Assembly (NCBI GenBank): GCA_036397475.1
Contig: DASWIV010000020.1
Span: forward strand, 1 to 28,944
Direction: 5' to 3'
DNA length: 28,944 bases
Source of the DNA: a bacterium
GTDB lineage: Bacteria > JAJVIF01 > JAPKYR01
Below, piece by piece: positions 14,345 through 23,942 of the stretch. Every line of letters starts with the position of its first letter. Position 1 is the first letter of the stretch. Made by a program: the position numbers and the translations under genes. Under the pieces are notes generated by a model. It was not told the DNA's origin and did not search any database. It saw only the letters and a program-made list of their open reading frames with translations.

Positions 14345-16711
14345 TTATTCCGTTTCCGTAAGCCTCTCAAGCGGAGCTTTCAGTTCACTGAGTAGCTTCT
14401 GTCCCGTCTCTTCAAAATTTATCTGAAGGAAATGGTCCCCGCCTCCAGCCTGCTGTATCTTTACCACCTTTCCCTCACCGAAGGTCGGATGCTTCACCCT
14501 CTCTCCGACAGTGTAAGTAGATGGGATTTTCGGAGTGTCTTTAGCCTCGCGCAGGCGACCAAGAAGTTTGTCGCGGGTTCCTGAATTCACCATGCTGTCG
14601 CGCCGTTTTTCTTCAGCCCATTCGTATGCGCGCGGAAGAACGTTCCATCCTTCACCCATTCCCGAGTACTGCTCATCGACAAGGTTTCTCATTTTCGACG
14701 GCACGCGCATTTCCTGTTCGACTTCGCCCTCCAGCGCCCTTCTGCTGATCTTGTCGGTTGGCATTATCAGCTCACCAGGTATTTCGGAGAAAAATCTCGA
14801 CGGTATCGCGCCGCCGACCGGATTGCGGTTCCTCCAGAACATGCTCGACCGCTTATAAACCGCCGACATGAACAGGCGGTCCATCGCGCGCGTTATCCCG
14901 ACATACGCAAGCCTACGCTCTTCTTCCAGCTCACGGTCGTCGTGCATCGATCTTGCGTGCGGAAACAACCCTTCTTCCATACCGGCCAGAAATACAACCG
15001 GAAATTCAAGACCCTTCGCCGAATGGGCAGTAAGGCATTTCACGCAATCGTCGGTATTTCTCATGCTGTCGGTATCCTGGATCAACGCCACGTGTTCCAG
15101 GAATACCGGAAGCCCCTCGGTCGGATACGCCTCGTCGAATCTCGTGATCGCCCCTTTAAGTTCCTCAATATTTTCAAGCCGCGATTCAGCCTCGATGGTA
15201 TCCGAGTCTTTCAGGCGCCTTTCATATCCCGACTCGTCAAGTATTCTTCCGGTCAGTTCAAACACGGAGAACGATTCTTTTTCCTCGTGAAGCAGCCGGA
15301 CCATGTCGCAGAAGCGGATGATCCTGTTTGCAGCGTAAGTTCCCAGCTGAATCCACAGATCTTCCCTAAATGGAATTTCATGGAGCCCGATATCCTGCTC
15401 GGTTAAAAGCTGCAGGAGTTTAGTGAAACTTTGCTGCCCGATCCCGCGAGTGGGAGTGTTTATTATTCTCTGGAGGCTGATAGTATCCCACGGGTTCTGA
15501 ACCAGCTTCAGGTACGCAATGACATCCTTGATCTCCTTCCGCTCGTAAAACCTGAACCCGCCGATAACCTGGTACGGGATCGAGTACTGTGTAAAGATTT
15601 CCTCGAACATTCTCGACAGGGAATTTGTCCGGTACAGGATCGCGAAGTCGTTGTAACTCCGCTTATCCGCTTTCATGTGGGTTTCGATGGTCTCGGCGAT
15701 AAAAATCGCTTCATCTTCGTCTGTGTGGCAGTACCTGAATGAAAGCGGTTCGCCTTCGCCACGGTTTGTCCAGAGATTCTTGTAATGCCGTTTCGGATTA
15801 TTTTTTACCAGTGCGTTCGCAGCATCGAGTATGTTCGAGTGTGACCGGTAGTTTTCCTCGAGCTTAACCACCGCCGCGCCGGGGAAATCATCCTCGAAAT
15901 TCAGTATGTATTTCGGATCGGCACCACGGAACTTGTAAATCGACTGGTCGTCGTCACCGACCACACACACATTGCTGTCGCGTTCAGCCAGCAGTTTGGT
16001 GAACACGTATTGAGCCTTGTTGATGTCCTGGTACTCATCCACCTGAATGTACCGGTAGCGGTTCTGAAGCCTGTCCTGCGTTTTCGGCGACTCCTGCATG
16101 AGCTCGACCGCCTTCATTATCAGGTCGTCGAAGTCGAGCGCTTTGATCTGGATAAGTCCCTTCTGGTACGCCTCGTAAACTTCCCCTACAATCGTCTCCC
16201 AGCGGTCCATCGCTTTTTCCTGGTAAGATTTCCAGTCGATTAGATTGGACTTCGCCGTCGATATCGCTCCGGCAATCGAACGTGGATCGTAATGGTTCGG
16301 ATCAATGCCAAGCCCTTTCTGGCACCGCTTGATAAGGATCGCGGATTCAGTGTCGTCGAAGATCTGGAATTCGGTCGGAACACCGATCTCGCCCCCGAAT
16401 TTTCTGAGGATCTGCGAGCAGGTGCGATGGAATGTTCCAAGCGGAACCTCATGACCTTCTATCCCGACCAGCTTATGCACACGGTTGCGCATCTCCTCAG
16501 CGGCTTTATTGGTGAATGTCACACCGAGGATCTGCCACGGCTTGCAGGTCTTGGTGAAGATGAGGTTGGCTGCTCGATACGCGATAACGCGAGTCTTGCC
16601 GCTGCCTGCGCCGGCAAGCACGAGCACGGGTCCGTGGATTGACTCCACAGCTCTCCTTTGCTCGGGATTGAGGTCAGTCTCGAGGACTTTGTCGAACTGG
16701 ATTACCGCCAT
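14345..16711 (-). CDS. UvrD/PcrA/Rep-family ATP-dependent DNA helicase with a C-terminal Tudor-like domain
   Basis: Helicase motifs I (LAGAGSGKT), Ia (TFTNKAAEEM), II (VDEYQD), III (VVGDDDQSIYKFRGA), IV/V (YRS...) and VI (VGITRA). The C-terminal GERVKHPTFGEGKVV is a UvrD C-terminal domain. Confidence 0.92.
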   Translation of the reverse strand: MAVIQFDKVLETDLNPEQRRAVESIHGPVLVLAGAGSGKTRVIAYRAANLIFTKTCKPWQILGVTFTNKAAEEMRNRVHKLVGIEGHEVPLGTFHRTCSQILRKFGGEIGVPTEFQIFDDTESAILIKRCQKGLGIDPNHYDPRSIAGAISTAKSNLIDWKSYQEKAMDRWETIVGEVYEAYQKGLIQIKALDFDDLIMKAVELMQESPKTQDRLQNRYRYIQVDEYQDINKAQYVFTKLLAERDSNVCVVGDDDQSIYKFRGADPKYILNFEDDFPGAAVVKLEENYRSHSNILDAANALVKNNPKRHYKNLWTNRGEGEPLSFRYCHTDEDEAIFIAETIETHMKADKRSYNDFAILYRTNSLSRMFEEIFTQYSIPYQVIGGFRFYERKEIKDVIAYLKLVQNPWDTISLQRIINTPTRGIGQQSFTKLLQLLTEQDIGLHEIPFREDLWIQLGTYAANRIIRFCDMVRLLHEEKESFSVFELTGRILDESGYERRLKDSDTIEAESRLENIEELKGAITRFDEAYPTEGLPVFLEHVALIQDTDSMRNTDDCVKCLTAHSAKGLEFPVVFLAGMEEGLFPHARSMHDDRELEEERRLAYVGITRAMDRLFMSAVYKRSSMFWRNRNPVGGAIPSRFFSEIPGELIMPTDKISRRALEGEVEQEMRVPSKMRNLVDEQYSGMGEGWNVLPRAYEWAEEKRRDSMVNSGTRDKLLGRLREAKDTPKIPSTYTVGERVKHPTFGEGKVVKIQQAGGGDHFLQINFEETGQKLLSELKAPLERLTETE

Positions 16712-16791
16712 ACAACTGTTAAGTTATGAGGATAGCACGGAGGGTTAGCATAGAACAACGGGCAGGCGAAAAATATTTCTTTATGCCTGTT

Positions 16792-18741
16792 TTATGAATC
16801 ATTCCCTTTAAAATTATAAGAACTGCCTGTATTTCCATGCATATCTGTCCTTTCCAGCGGATCATTTCCAGACCATTTGAACAATTTTCTTCCTTCCCCG
16901 AATGCTCCAGTCAGATCGACATCCATCTCCTCATAATTCGGGATTTCATTTATGTATTCTCCGGTTACTACATAATCAATTCCATATTGCTCAAGCCTGA
17001 ATGCCGTTTCATCATCAAGAATTCCGGTCTCGGCTGAACTTTTGAATGCAGGGATAATTTCACCGCGGATAGCCTCATTCCATTGTGCCGGAGGCAAAGG
17101 CGTGTACGGGTCCATTGTCTGGACGCCGAACATTATCGGAGTGTTCCCCGAACACAAATCCGGAAGATGATCCTGCGGAGTGAACATGTTGAAATCCAGG
17201 ATATCTATCTCGTCGAACAGTTTTGCTTCTGTTACAAGAAGGCGTGGCGGCACGTTATCGTCCCTCGTTATGTGGCTGAAAAATTCATTTGTGATACGGG
17301 AATATTTTTCCATCGGCATTGTCGCCAGACGTCCTACAGGAAACATGATGAACAGGTGGAAAAATATATACAGGCCTAGCGTGAGTTTTGTCATCACTGG
17401 AAATTCAGGTCTCGCGAGCCCTCCGATGACCATCAGCGCAATGACCATATCAATAAGGAAAATTGTTCCACCCCATCTGATAGCACGTGAATTATCAATC
17501 GTCAGCAGAAATATCACCAGCAGGAACATAAGGATTCCCGAAATCCATGAAAAATGTCGCCAGTTAATTTTTATGGGGTTCTCTGTGTCAGTGAGTGATG
17601 ATAAATGAGACGCTCCTAGTGCCGAAAGCACGACAACAACCCCGATCGCGAAACGTCCGATATACCTGAATTTATCGAGCAGTGGCAGCTTGATTAGTAA
17701 ATGCCATAGAGGATTGTACATCGCGAAAGCAAGAATCAACGCCGCCAGTCCCATAATTATAAGTGGGGCGTCAGCTTTCCAGTTTTTCCTTATGGTAAAG
17801 ATCCTTAGTGTCGCAAGGACTGAGCATAGCAGCCCGACATAGATAAGGCTCGATCCCCAGTGGACTACTTCTGTGGGTTCGCCGTAGCTTGGGAAATAAT
17901 ACGCTGATCCCAGCCGCAGCGGATTCAGCCATGTCCCTAAATAATAAAAGCTATTAGATATACCTGCCCTGGCAGTTTCAGGCAGATATCCCAGTACGGC
18001 GAATAGCAATGGAGCGCCAATCACCATGGTTCCACCTATAAATGAGCCAATAATGGCAGCGGATTTTTTCAGCCTGTTTATCCTGCTCGGATTTTCTGAA
18101 AACACATGGCCCGCTAAATAAAAAATTACCAGGACGAACATGTAGAAGAAAATCTGCGCATTTCCAGCCAGAAAAACGAATCCCGCGACAATTGCGATTA
18201 TTCCCAGGCTTTTCATAGCCAATTTTTCTCCGGGATTTTCTATCATCCTGTCGCAGAGCCATAAAAAAAGCGGGAACCACACGACAGACTGCAGCAGCGC
18301 CATCGACGTGATGTGAAACAATAAAAACGGGGCTGTCTGGAACATCACCGCTCCGAAAAATGCGCCAATCTGATTCGTTCCACGTCCCCTCAGCCACAGA
18401 TACATGAACTGTCCTGCCAGGATGAAGTGGATGATGTAGGTCAGATTCGCCCAGTAGAAAAAATTGCCAGGCAAATGCATGAGCCAGTTTCCCGGATACA
18501 GAAGTCCCGACTCGCTCTCAGCGAACTGCGGCATTCCCGTGTACATGTAATGGTTCCAGATCGGGAAGTGCCCGTCGCGGACCATCTCTACGTCGTACCA
18601 TTTAAGGGGGAGATTCAGGCGGGTGACGTCCCAACCTGCAAACTGCGAGTAGCCGATCAGTTCCGGGAAGAACATCGCGCATGGGATTAAAAGCAGCAGG
18701 ATATGGAATATGTCGATTCTGCCTTTCAACGGGTGAATCAT
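16792..18741 (-). CDS. Polytopic membrane protein, YfhO-like (putative glycosyl or lipid-linked transferase)
   Basis: 649 aa with more than 11 TM helices. The N-terminal motif region DVTRLNLPLKWYDVEMVRDGHFPIWNHYMYTGMPQFAESESGLLYPGNW resembles the YfhO family. Confidence 0.5.
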   Translation of the reverse strand: MIHPLKGRIDIFHILLLLIPCAMFFPELIGYSQFAGWDVTRLNLPLKWYDVEMVRDGHFPIWNHYMYTGMPQFAESESGLLYPGNWLMHLPGNFFYWANLTYIIHFILAGQFMYLWLRGRGTNQIGAFFGAVMFQTAPFLLFHITSMALLQSVVWFPLFLWLCDRMIENPGEKLAMKSLGIIAIVAGFVFLAGNAQIFFYMFVLVIFYLAGHVFSENPSRINRLKKSAAIIGSFIGGTMVIGAPLLFAVLGYLPETARAGISNSFYYLGTWLNPLRLGSAYYFPSYGEPTEVVHWGSSLIYVGLLCSVLATLRIFTIRKNWKADAPLIIMGLAALILAFAMYNPLWHLLIKLPLLDKFRYIGRFAIGVVVVLSALGASHLSSLTDTENPIKINWRHFSWISGILMFLLVIFLLTIDNSRAIRWGGTIFLIDMVIALMVIGGLARPEFPVMTKLTLGLYIFFHLFIMFPVGRLATMPMEKYSRITNEFFSHITRDDNVPPRLLVTEAKLFDEIDILDFNMFTPQDHLPDLCSGNTPIMFGVQTMDPYTPLPPAQWNEAIRGEIIPAFKSSAETGILDDETAFRLEQYGIDYVVTGEYINEIPNYEEMDVDLTGAFGEGRKLFKWSGNDPLERTDMHGNTGSSYNFKGNDS

Positions 18742-18834
18742 ACATATTTAGGGAGGGCGATTGAAGTTATAAAGAGAATTTTATGCCATTACTGATATAA
18801 TTGCGGATTCAATATTATTCAGGGAGAGTACAGA

Positions 18835-19443
18835 ATGGGATCAGGTTCAGTCGTTATTGTTACTTTATTTGTCCTCATCTTTGCATTTGTAGAGATGGTC
18901 TGGGTCCTGAATCGTATTATTAACGCGGGACCTCATGAAGTGCTTGTTATTTCCGGACGCAGGCGAAGGATTAGACTTCAGGATGGCAAATTTGCCGAGG
19001 TTGGATTCAGGATGTTGAAAGGGGGGCGGACATTCATCTGGCCGTTCATCGAGAGGGTGGATAGATTATCCCTGGAACCGATGCCTATCCAGTTACGCTA
19101 TGAAGATATCGCGATCAAAGATAATTCCAAAATTAAATTTGAAGGCTCGGCGATTGTGCGTATTCCAAATGAGGACGAATGGATAGTGTATGCCGGCAGC
19201 AGCCTGCTGTCCAAGTCGAGTGATGAGATAGCAATGCTCGCAAAGCAGAAGATAGAATCGGTACTGAGGCTTATGCTGAAATCCATGACTTTCGATGAGA
19301 TAAATTCAAGCTGGGAGAAAATATATGAGTACGTCCGGCAGGAAACGTACGAGGACCTGAAAGGCTTCGGGCTGAAACTCCTTGATTTCGGGATTCGCAT
19401 CATTTCGACATATCCGCAGGAAACGGCAAGCGTATCATCGTAG
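18835..19443 (+). CDS. Short SPFH/band-7 domain protein (flotillin N-terminal paralog without the flotillin coiled-coil tail)
   Basis: 202 aa. The N-terminal TM plus VLNRIINAGPHEVLVISGRRRRI...VGFRMLKGGRTFIWPFIERVDRLSLE is near-identical in pattern to the start of the 509 aa flotillin at 20613, and it aligns across the whole SPFH domain. Confidence 0.75.
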   Translation: MGSGSVVIVTLFVLIFAFVEMVWVLNRIINAGPHEVLVISGRRRRIRLQDGKFAEVGFRMLKGGRTFIWPFIERVDRLSLEPMPIQLRYEDIAIKDNSKIKFEGSAIVRIPNEDEWIVYAGSSLLSKSSDEIAMLAKQKIESVLRLMLKSMTFDEINSSWEKIYEYVRQETYEDLKGFGLKLLDFGIRIISTYPQETASVSS

Positions 19444-19500
19444 CGCCGGCTGCCTGGAGTCTGTAGCAAAAGTCTGAATTATTCTAATATGGATGGATAC

Positions 19501-19642
19501 CGCCGACAAACTCGGGGGACCAAGAGCCTGCTATCAATGATGGAACACCGGGTTGTCGGCGTAATCTCACTATTCATGCACTATCGCCGACAATCCTGCC
19601 TTCTCACTCCATCGTCACCTGGTTGCTGGACGTTTGTCGGCG
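19501..19642. repeat. Four copies of the 9-mer CGCCGACAA in alternating orientation (two inverted-repeat pairs)
   Basis: CGCCGACAA at 19501-19509 and 19585-19593. TTGTCGGCG at 19553-19561 and 19634-19642. The copies are flanked by a conserved A or C. They lie in the 450 nt non-coding gap upstream of nfeD–flotillin. Confidence 0.55.
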
Positions 19643-19791
19643 GCACCCGGATTCCCCCCTCCGACTTTTTCAACAGCCCCTTCCAGATCAGCGTTGCCTG
19701 TTTTATTTCCCCCATTTTTACCGCCCTAATGCATTAAATCCCTGAAACTTTCCAACTTTTCACAAGTCAAGTTTCTGAATCGAAGACATGG

Positions 19792-19800
19792 TGCTATAAT
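19792..19800 (+). promoter_or_regulatory. Candidate extended -10 promoter (TGcTATAAT) for the nfeD–flotillin operon
   Basis: TGnTATAAT match. The -35 is weak. It lies about 95 nt upstream of the nfeD ATG, which has a GGAGG Shine-Dalgarno. Confidence 0.3.
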
Positions 19801-19893
19801 GGCGTCGGTTTTCAGGATTAATAGGATTTAATTCTTTCATATTTGCAGGATCGATGAATTTCCACCGGATTTAATGCCGGACGGAGGCTAGTC

Positions 19894-20562
19894 ATGACAA
19901 TTCTCATATCTATTTACTGGATCCTTTTCCTTGTTGGTCTGGGATTCGCTGTGGTTAGCGCGTTATTGTCCGGCGTAAGCGAAGCTTTCGGGGGCGGTCA
20001 CGACATTGACTTCAGCCACGATGTAGATGTCGGAGGCGGCGTCGACCATGATGTGGGATTTGGCGATTCCAGCGCTGATTCGTTCCACGGACATGGTGAA
20101 ATAGCGCTTAATCCTGTGTCACCATTAACAATAGCCTCGTTCATTGGCGGATTCGGCGGCGGCGGGTTAATAGGCTATTACATGCACCTGCCGACAGTCG
20201 GTACAGTATTGATAGCTCTTCCTGTCGGATTCCTGGTCGCATTCAGCCTGTATTACCTGATGTACAAGATCAACCAGACAAATATATCTTCGGAATCCAG
20301 ATTCAGTGAAGTTGTGGGTGTATCCGGCGAGATCATCACTCCGATTGTTGAGGATGGCACCGGTGAGATCGCCTATGTCTCCAGGGGCAGCAGGTACGCA
20401 TCTCCCGCCCGATCAATAGACGGGCGCAGCATAAAGAAAGGCAGAAGTGTTAAGGTCTGGAGAATTGTTGGAAGCACCTGCCTGGTCAAGGAGATCGAGC
20501 CTGAAGAGGCTGATATGCCAGGCGTTGATACTCTCGATGAGCGTACTCAAAAGAGCAACTAA
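19894..20562 (+). CDS. NfeD-family membrane protein (YuaF-like) with a C-terminal OB-fold
   Basis: N-terminal TM helices and a C-terminal beta-barrel (VVGVSGEIITPIVEDGTGEIAYVSRGSRYASPARSIDGRSIKKGRSVKVWRIVGSTCLVKEIE). It lies immediately upstream of the flotillin gene, as in yuaF–floT operons. Confidence 0.8.
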   Translation: MTILISIYWILFLVGLGFAVVSALLSGVSEAFGGGHDIDFSHDVDVGGGVDHDVGFGDSSADSFHGHGEIALNPVSPLTIASFIGGFGGGGLIGYYMHLPTVGTVLIALPVGFLVAFSLYYLMYKINQTNISSESRFSEVVGVSGEIITPIVEDGTGEIAYVSRGSRYASPARSIDGRSIKKGRSVKVWRIVGSTCLVKEIEPEEADMPGVDTLDERTQKSN

Positions 20563-20612
20563 TGCATTCATTTATCATAAAAAAACAATTGGATTAATTC
20601 CAGGAGGCGGAC

Positions 20613-22142
20613 ATGGATCAAGGAATGATCGCTTTAATAGTTGTCGGCATTTTACTGATACTGTTCATTCTCGCAGTATTTGTACTGAACAGAATTCAAA
20701 AGGCGGGTCCGAACGAGGTTCTTGTAATTTCAGGGCGTCGCCGAAAGATAAAGCGCGATGATGGATCGGTATTCGACGTCGGTTTCAGGATGCTGAAAGG
20801 TGGACGTACATTCGTCTGGCCTTTCATCGAGCGGGTCGACCGCCTGTCCCTTGAAATAATGACCCTGGACGTCCGTACGCCGGAAGTTTACACGGCTAAG
20901 GGTGTTCCGATCATTGTCGACGGTATCGCCCAGATTAAGATCAAGGGCGATGATATATCGATCGCGACTGCCGCGGAGCAGTTCCTGTCGATGGGAACCG
21001 ATCAGATACGGAACATAGCCCTGCAGACGGTCGAGGGCCACTTGAGGGCAATTCTCGGTACGTTGACGGTTGAGGAAACCTACGCAAACCGCGACGCTTT
21101 CGCGGCGAAGGTCCAGGAAGTCGCGTCGTCCGACCTCGCAAACATGGGCCTGACGATCATCTCATTCACGATTAGAGATATTCGCGACAACCAGGGATAC
21201 CTCGATGCTCTCGGTAAACCGCGTACCGCGCAGGTTAAGAGGGACGCTGTTATCGGCCAGGCCGAAGCGGACAGGGACTCGACCATCAAATCCGCGCAGG
21301 CGTACCAGGAAGGGCAGGAAGCGAAATTCCAGGCCGACACCGGTATCGCCCAGGCGGAGCGGGACTACCAGATCAAGGTAGCCGAGTATACCGCCGCGGT
21401 TAACAAGGAAAAGGCGAAGGCCGATCTTGCCTACGACCTGCAGAAATACGAAACCGCTCAGGCTGTTAAACAGCAGGAAATCGAGGTCGAAGTTGTCGAG
21501 CGTAACAAGCGTATTGAGGTCCAGGAGAAGGAAATTCAGAGGCGTCAGAGAGAGCTGACCGCTACGATCGAGAAGCCTGCCGAGGCTGAAAAGTACCGTG
21601 TTACCACGATCGCCGACGCCGAGAAGTACAAGCTGCAGACTGAAGCCGATGGTTTCGCCGCGGCTGTAAAATTGAAGGGTTTCGCCGAAGCGGATGTTAT
21701 CCAGAAGACCGGTGAATCAGAGGCGGAAGCTAACAGGGCACGCGGTATCGCGCAGGCGGATGTCATCAGGGCTCAGGGTTTCGCGGAAGCGGAAGCCATG
21801 GAGCGGAAAGCACAGGCGTGGCGCCAGTACAACGAAGCCGCCATATTCCAGATGCTTATCGATAAATTACCGGAAATCGCAAGCGCGGTTGCGTCGCCTC
21901 TAGCCAAGACCGACAGGATCGTCATTATCAATTCCGGTGGTGGCGGCAATGGAGAGGCAGGCGGAGCGGGTGCGAGCAAGATAACGAAGGATGTAACTGA
22001 TATCGTTGCGCAGCTTCCTCCCGTAATTGAATCGCTCACAGGTGTAGACATGGAAACTCTACTGAAGGAGATTCCGCAGATCCGCAAGAATATGTACGAT
22101 GCCCAGAAATGGGAATCAGAAGGCGACAAGCCTAAGAAGTAA
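20613..22142 (+). CDS. floT: Flotillin-like protein (SPFH domain plus flotillin coiled-coil region)
   Basis: N-terminal TM, SPFH domain, a long Ala/Glu-rich coiled coil (AEAEANRARGIAQADVIRAQGFAEAEAMERKAQAWRQYNEAAIFQ) and a C-terminal flotillin tail. 509 aa. Confidence 0.85.
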   Translation: MDQGMIALIVVGILLILFILAVFVLNRIQKAGPNEVLVISGRRRKIKRDDGSVFDVGFRMLKGGRTFVWPFIERVDRLSLEIMTLDVRTPEVYTAKGVPIIVDGIAQIKIKGDDISIATAAEQFLSMGTDQIRNIALQTVEGHLRAILGTLTVEETYANRDAFAAKVQEVASSDLANMGLTIISFTIRDIRDNQGYLDALGKPRTAQVKRDAVIGQAEADRDSTIKSAQAYQEGQEAKFQADTGIAQAERDYQIKVAEYTAAVNKEKAKADLAYDLQKYETAQAVKQQEIEVEVVERNKRIEVQEKEIQRRQRELTATIEKPAEAEKYRVTTIADAEKYKLQTEADGFAAAVKLKGFAEADVIQKTGESEAEANRARGIAQADVIRAQGFAEAEAMERKAQAWRQYNEAAIFQMLIDKLPEIASAVASPLAKTDRIVIINSGGGGNGEAGGAGASKITKDVTDIVAQLPPVIESLTGVDMETLLKEIPQIRKNMYDAQKWESEGDKPKK

Positions 22143-22164
22143 GTTTTCAAGTCAGGAAATTCCA

Positions 22165-22193
22165 GGACGCGCTTCAAGGTGTGTCCTTTTTTT
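22165..22193 (+). terminator. Rho-independent terminator after the flotillin gene
   Basis: Stem GGACGCGC/GTGTGTCC (with two G-U pairs) and loop TTCAAG, followed by TTTTTTTAT. Confidence 0.6.
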
Positions 22194-22461
22194 ATGTTCT
22201 TGTGGCGCTCACAAAATTCACTCCTGCGAATTTATGTGGGTGCATGGGTATCCTTCCAACGGATAAATGTCACTGCACCTGCATAAATCCGCCATTGACG
22301 ATTGGATTAAATTGCCAGATTTGAATGGCGGATTTTGCAGGCGCCACCCAGGATTGACTGAACTTAAATATTTTCAATTAATTTTGTAACCATCCTTTAT
22401 CCATAAGTAATATTAAAAATGCTAATCTCCTCTTAATAATTAAAAGGAAATCACTATTCTT

Positions 22462-23067
22462 ATGATCGAAAAAAGAGCCATAACTTCAAGACCTGTCGAC
22501 GATTTACTCGCACGTCGATGGTCCGGACGTGCATTTGATCCGGACAAACACGTAACCCGTGATCAGCTTCTTTCCATTCTGGAAGCCGCCAGGTGGGCTC
22601 CGTCATGCTGGAACGACCAGCCGTGGCGCTATCTTGTATGGGACAAAAATGACGATGCGGAATCGTACAAAAAAGGATTTGAATGCGTCAGTGAAAATAA
22701 TAAAAAGTGGGTCGTTAATTCCAGCGTACTAATGTGTGCCATTGCATCACACCGCTTCACCCACAATGACAAACCTAATCGATGGGGGGAATATGATTCG
22801 GGCGCCGCATCGATGAGTATCTGCCTCCAGGCGGTTTCACTCGGCTTAATGGCTCACCAAATGGCTGGGTTCGATAAGGACATGGTAATCGAAAAATTTA
22901 ATGTTCCTGAAAATTACACTCCAATGGCTATGATCGCTATCGGAGTGCCTGTGAACAGTATCGACGATGTTCCCGAAGAAAACAGGGAGCGCGAGCTTGC
23001 GGAACGATCACGTAATCCACTTGGCAATCGATTCTTCGACGGGACATGGGGTGCGGGGATAGAGTAA
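22462..23067 (+). CDS. Nitroreductase-family oxidoreductase
   Basis: RRWSGRAFDPDKHVTRDQLLSILEAARWAPSCWNDQPWRY is the family signature. AAGGAAA Shine-Dalgarno. Confidence 0.85.
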   Translation: MIEKRAITSRPVDDLLARRWSGRAFDPDKHVTRDQLLSILEAARWAPSCWNDQPWRYLVWDKNDDAESYKKGFECVSENNKKWVVNSSVLMCAIASHRFTHNDKPNRWGEYDSGAASMSICLQAVSLGLMAHQMAGFDKDMVIEKFNVPENYTPMAMIAIGVPVNSIDDVPEENRERELAERSRNPLGNRFFDGTWGAGIE

Positions 23068-23079
23068 AATCTCTCCTTA

Positions 23080-23940
23080 ATGCTATGGCTCGCGCTTACA
23101 GTTCTATCCACAACATCGATCGGCGTTATCCTTAAATTATCCGAGGGCCGAGTCAAAGAGCGCCTGACGATGCTGCTCTTTAACTACATTACCGCATCGG
23201 GAATCAGCTTCGTACTCTGGACCCGTACGGGAACAGGATTTTATCTCACTAAAAATTCATGGACTCTCGCACTTATCGCGGGAGTAATTTTTGCCCTTAA
23301 TTTTTTCCTCTTTTCACTTTCCGTTAAACGGCGAGGGATCGCTCTTCCCTCTATATTGATGCGTCTAAGCGCGATCGTTCCCATATTTGCCGCGATTTTT
23401 TACTGGGATGAAATCACCACATTTGTACAGGTAATCGGAACTGCGGGAGCACTTGTCGCGGCAGTGCTGATGTCGATCGGGCTTCGCGGAGGCGATCTGA
23501 AATCAGGCATTCTCAAATCACCAGCGGCAATCCTGATTATCGAATCGATCCTGCTACTGTTCTGCTTTGGACTTGCCGACCTCTCCATGAAAATTTTCGA
23601 TGAAACCGGCATCCAGTCTCAGAAACCGGCATTTTTCGCTGTACTTTTTTTCATCGCCGCGATCTCGATTGCGGTTTCAATGCTTACAGGAAAAATAGTG
23701 CCGAATTTAAAGGATTCAGTTTGTGGAATAGCACTCGGTGTGCCGAACCTGTTTTCCAGTTACTGCCTGATCGCAGCACTGAATGAGCTGCCATCCATAG
23801 TTGTATTTCCGACTGTCGCCGCAGCCACAGTAATGTTGATCATCCTGATCGCTCGGTTCATTTTCGCAGAAGAGATTGGAAGAGCGGGAGTTGCAGGAAT
23901 TATCCTGACGATCATTTCCCTCATCGCGATAAATCTGTAA
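23080..23940 (+). CDS. DMT-superfamily (EamA-like) transporter
   Basis: 286 aa with about 10 TM helices in two halves. It starts 12 nt after the nitroreductase gene. Confidence 0.55.
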   Translation: MLWLALTVLSTTSIGVILKLSEGRVKERLTMLLFNYITASGISFVLWTRTGTGFYLTKNSWTLALIAGVIFALNFFLFSLSVKRRGIALPSILMRLSAIVPIFAAIFYWDEITTFVQVIGTAGALVAAVLMSIGLRGGDLKSGILKSPAAILIIESILLLFCFGLADLSMKIFDETGIQSQKPAFFAVLFFIAAISIAVSMLTGKIVPNLKDSVCGIALGVPNLFSSYCLIAALNELPSIVVFPTVAAATVMLIILIARFIFAEEIGRAGVAGIILTIISLIAINL

Positions 23941-23942
23941 TC

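Noticed and set aside
14535-16748. Many 77-154 aa ORFs on both strands inside the UvrD helicase gene
   Set aside because: The helicase motifs are all in the 788 aa minus-strand frame.
17083-18690. ORFs of 87-142 aa within the YfhO-like membrane protein gene
   Set aside because: They overlap a continuous 649 aa polytopic membrane protein frame.
19489-19737. 82 aa plus-strand ORF in the nfeD upstream gap
   Set aside because: It has no Shine-Dalgarno, its composition is Cys/His/Arg-rich, and it overlaps the 9-mer repeat array. The region is more likely regulatory or structural DNA.
20730-22177. Antisense ORFs within the flotillin gene (including a 134 aa ORF at 21773-22177)
   Set aside because: The flotillin frame is unambiguous. 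The Ala/Glu-rich coiled-coil coding sequence gives open antisense frames.
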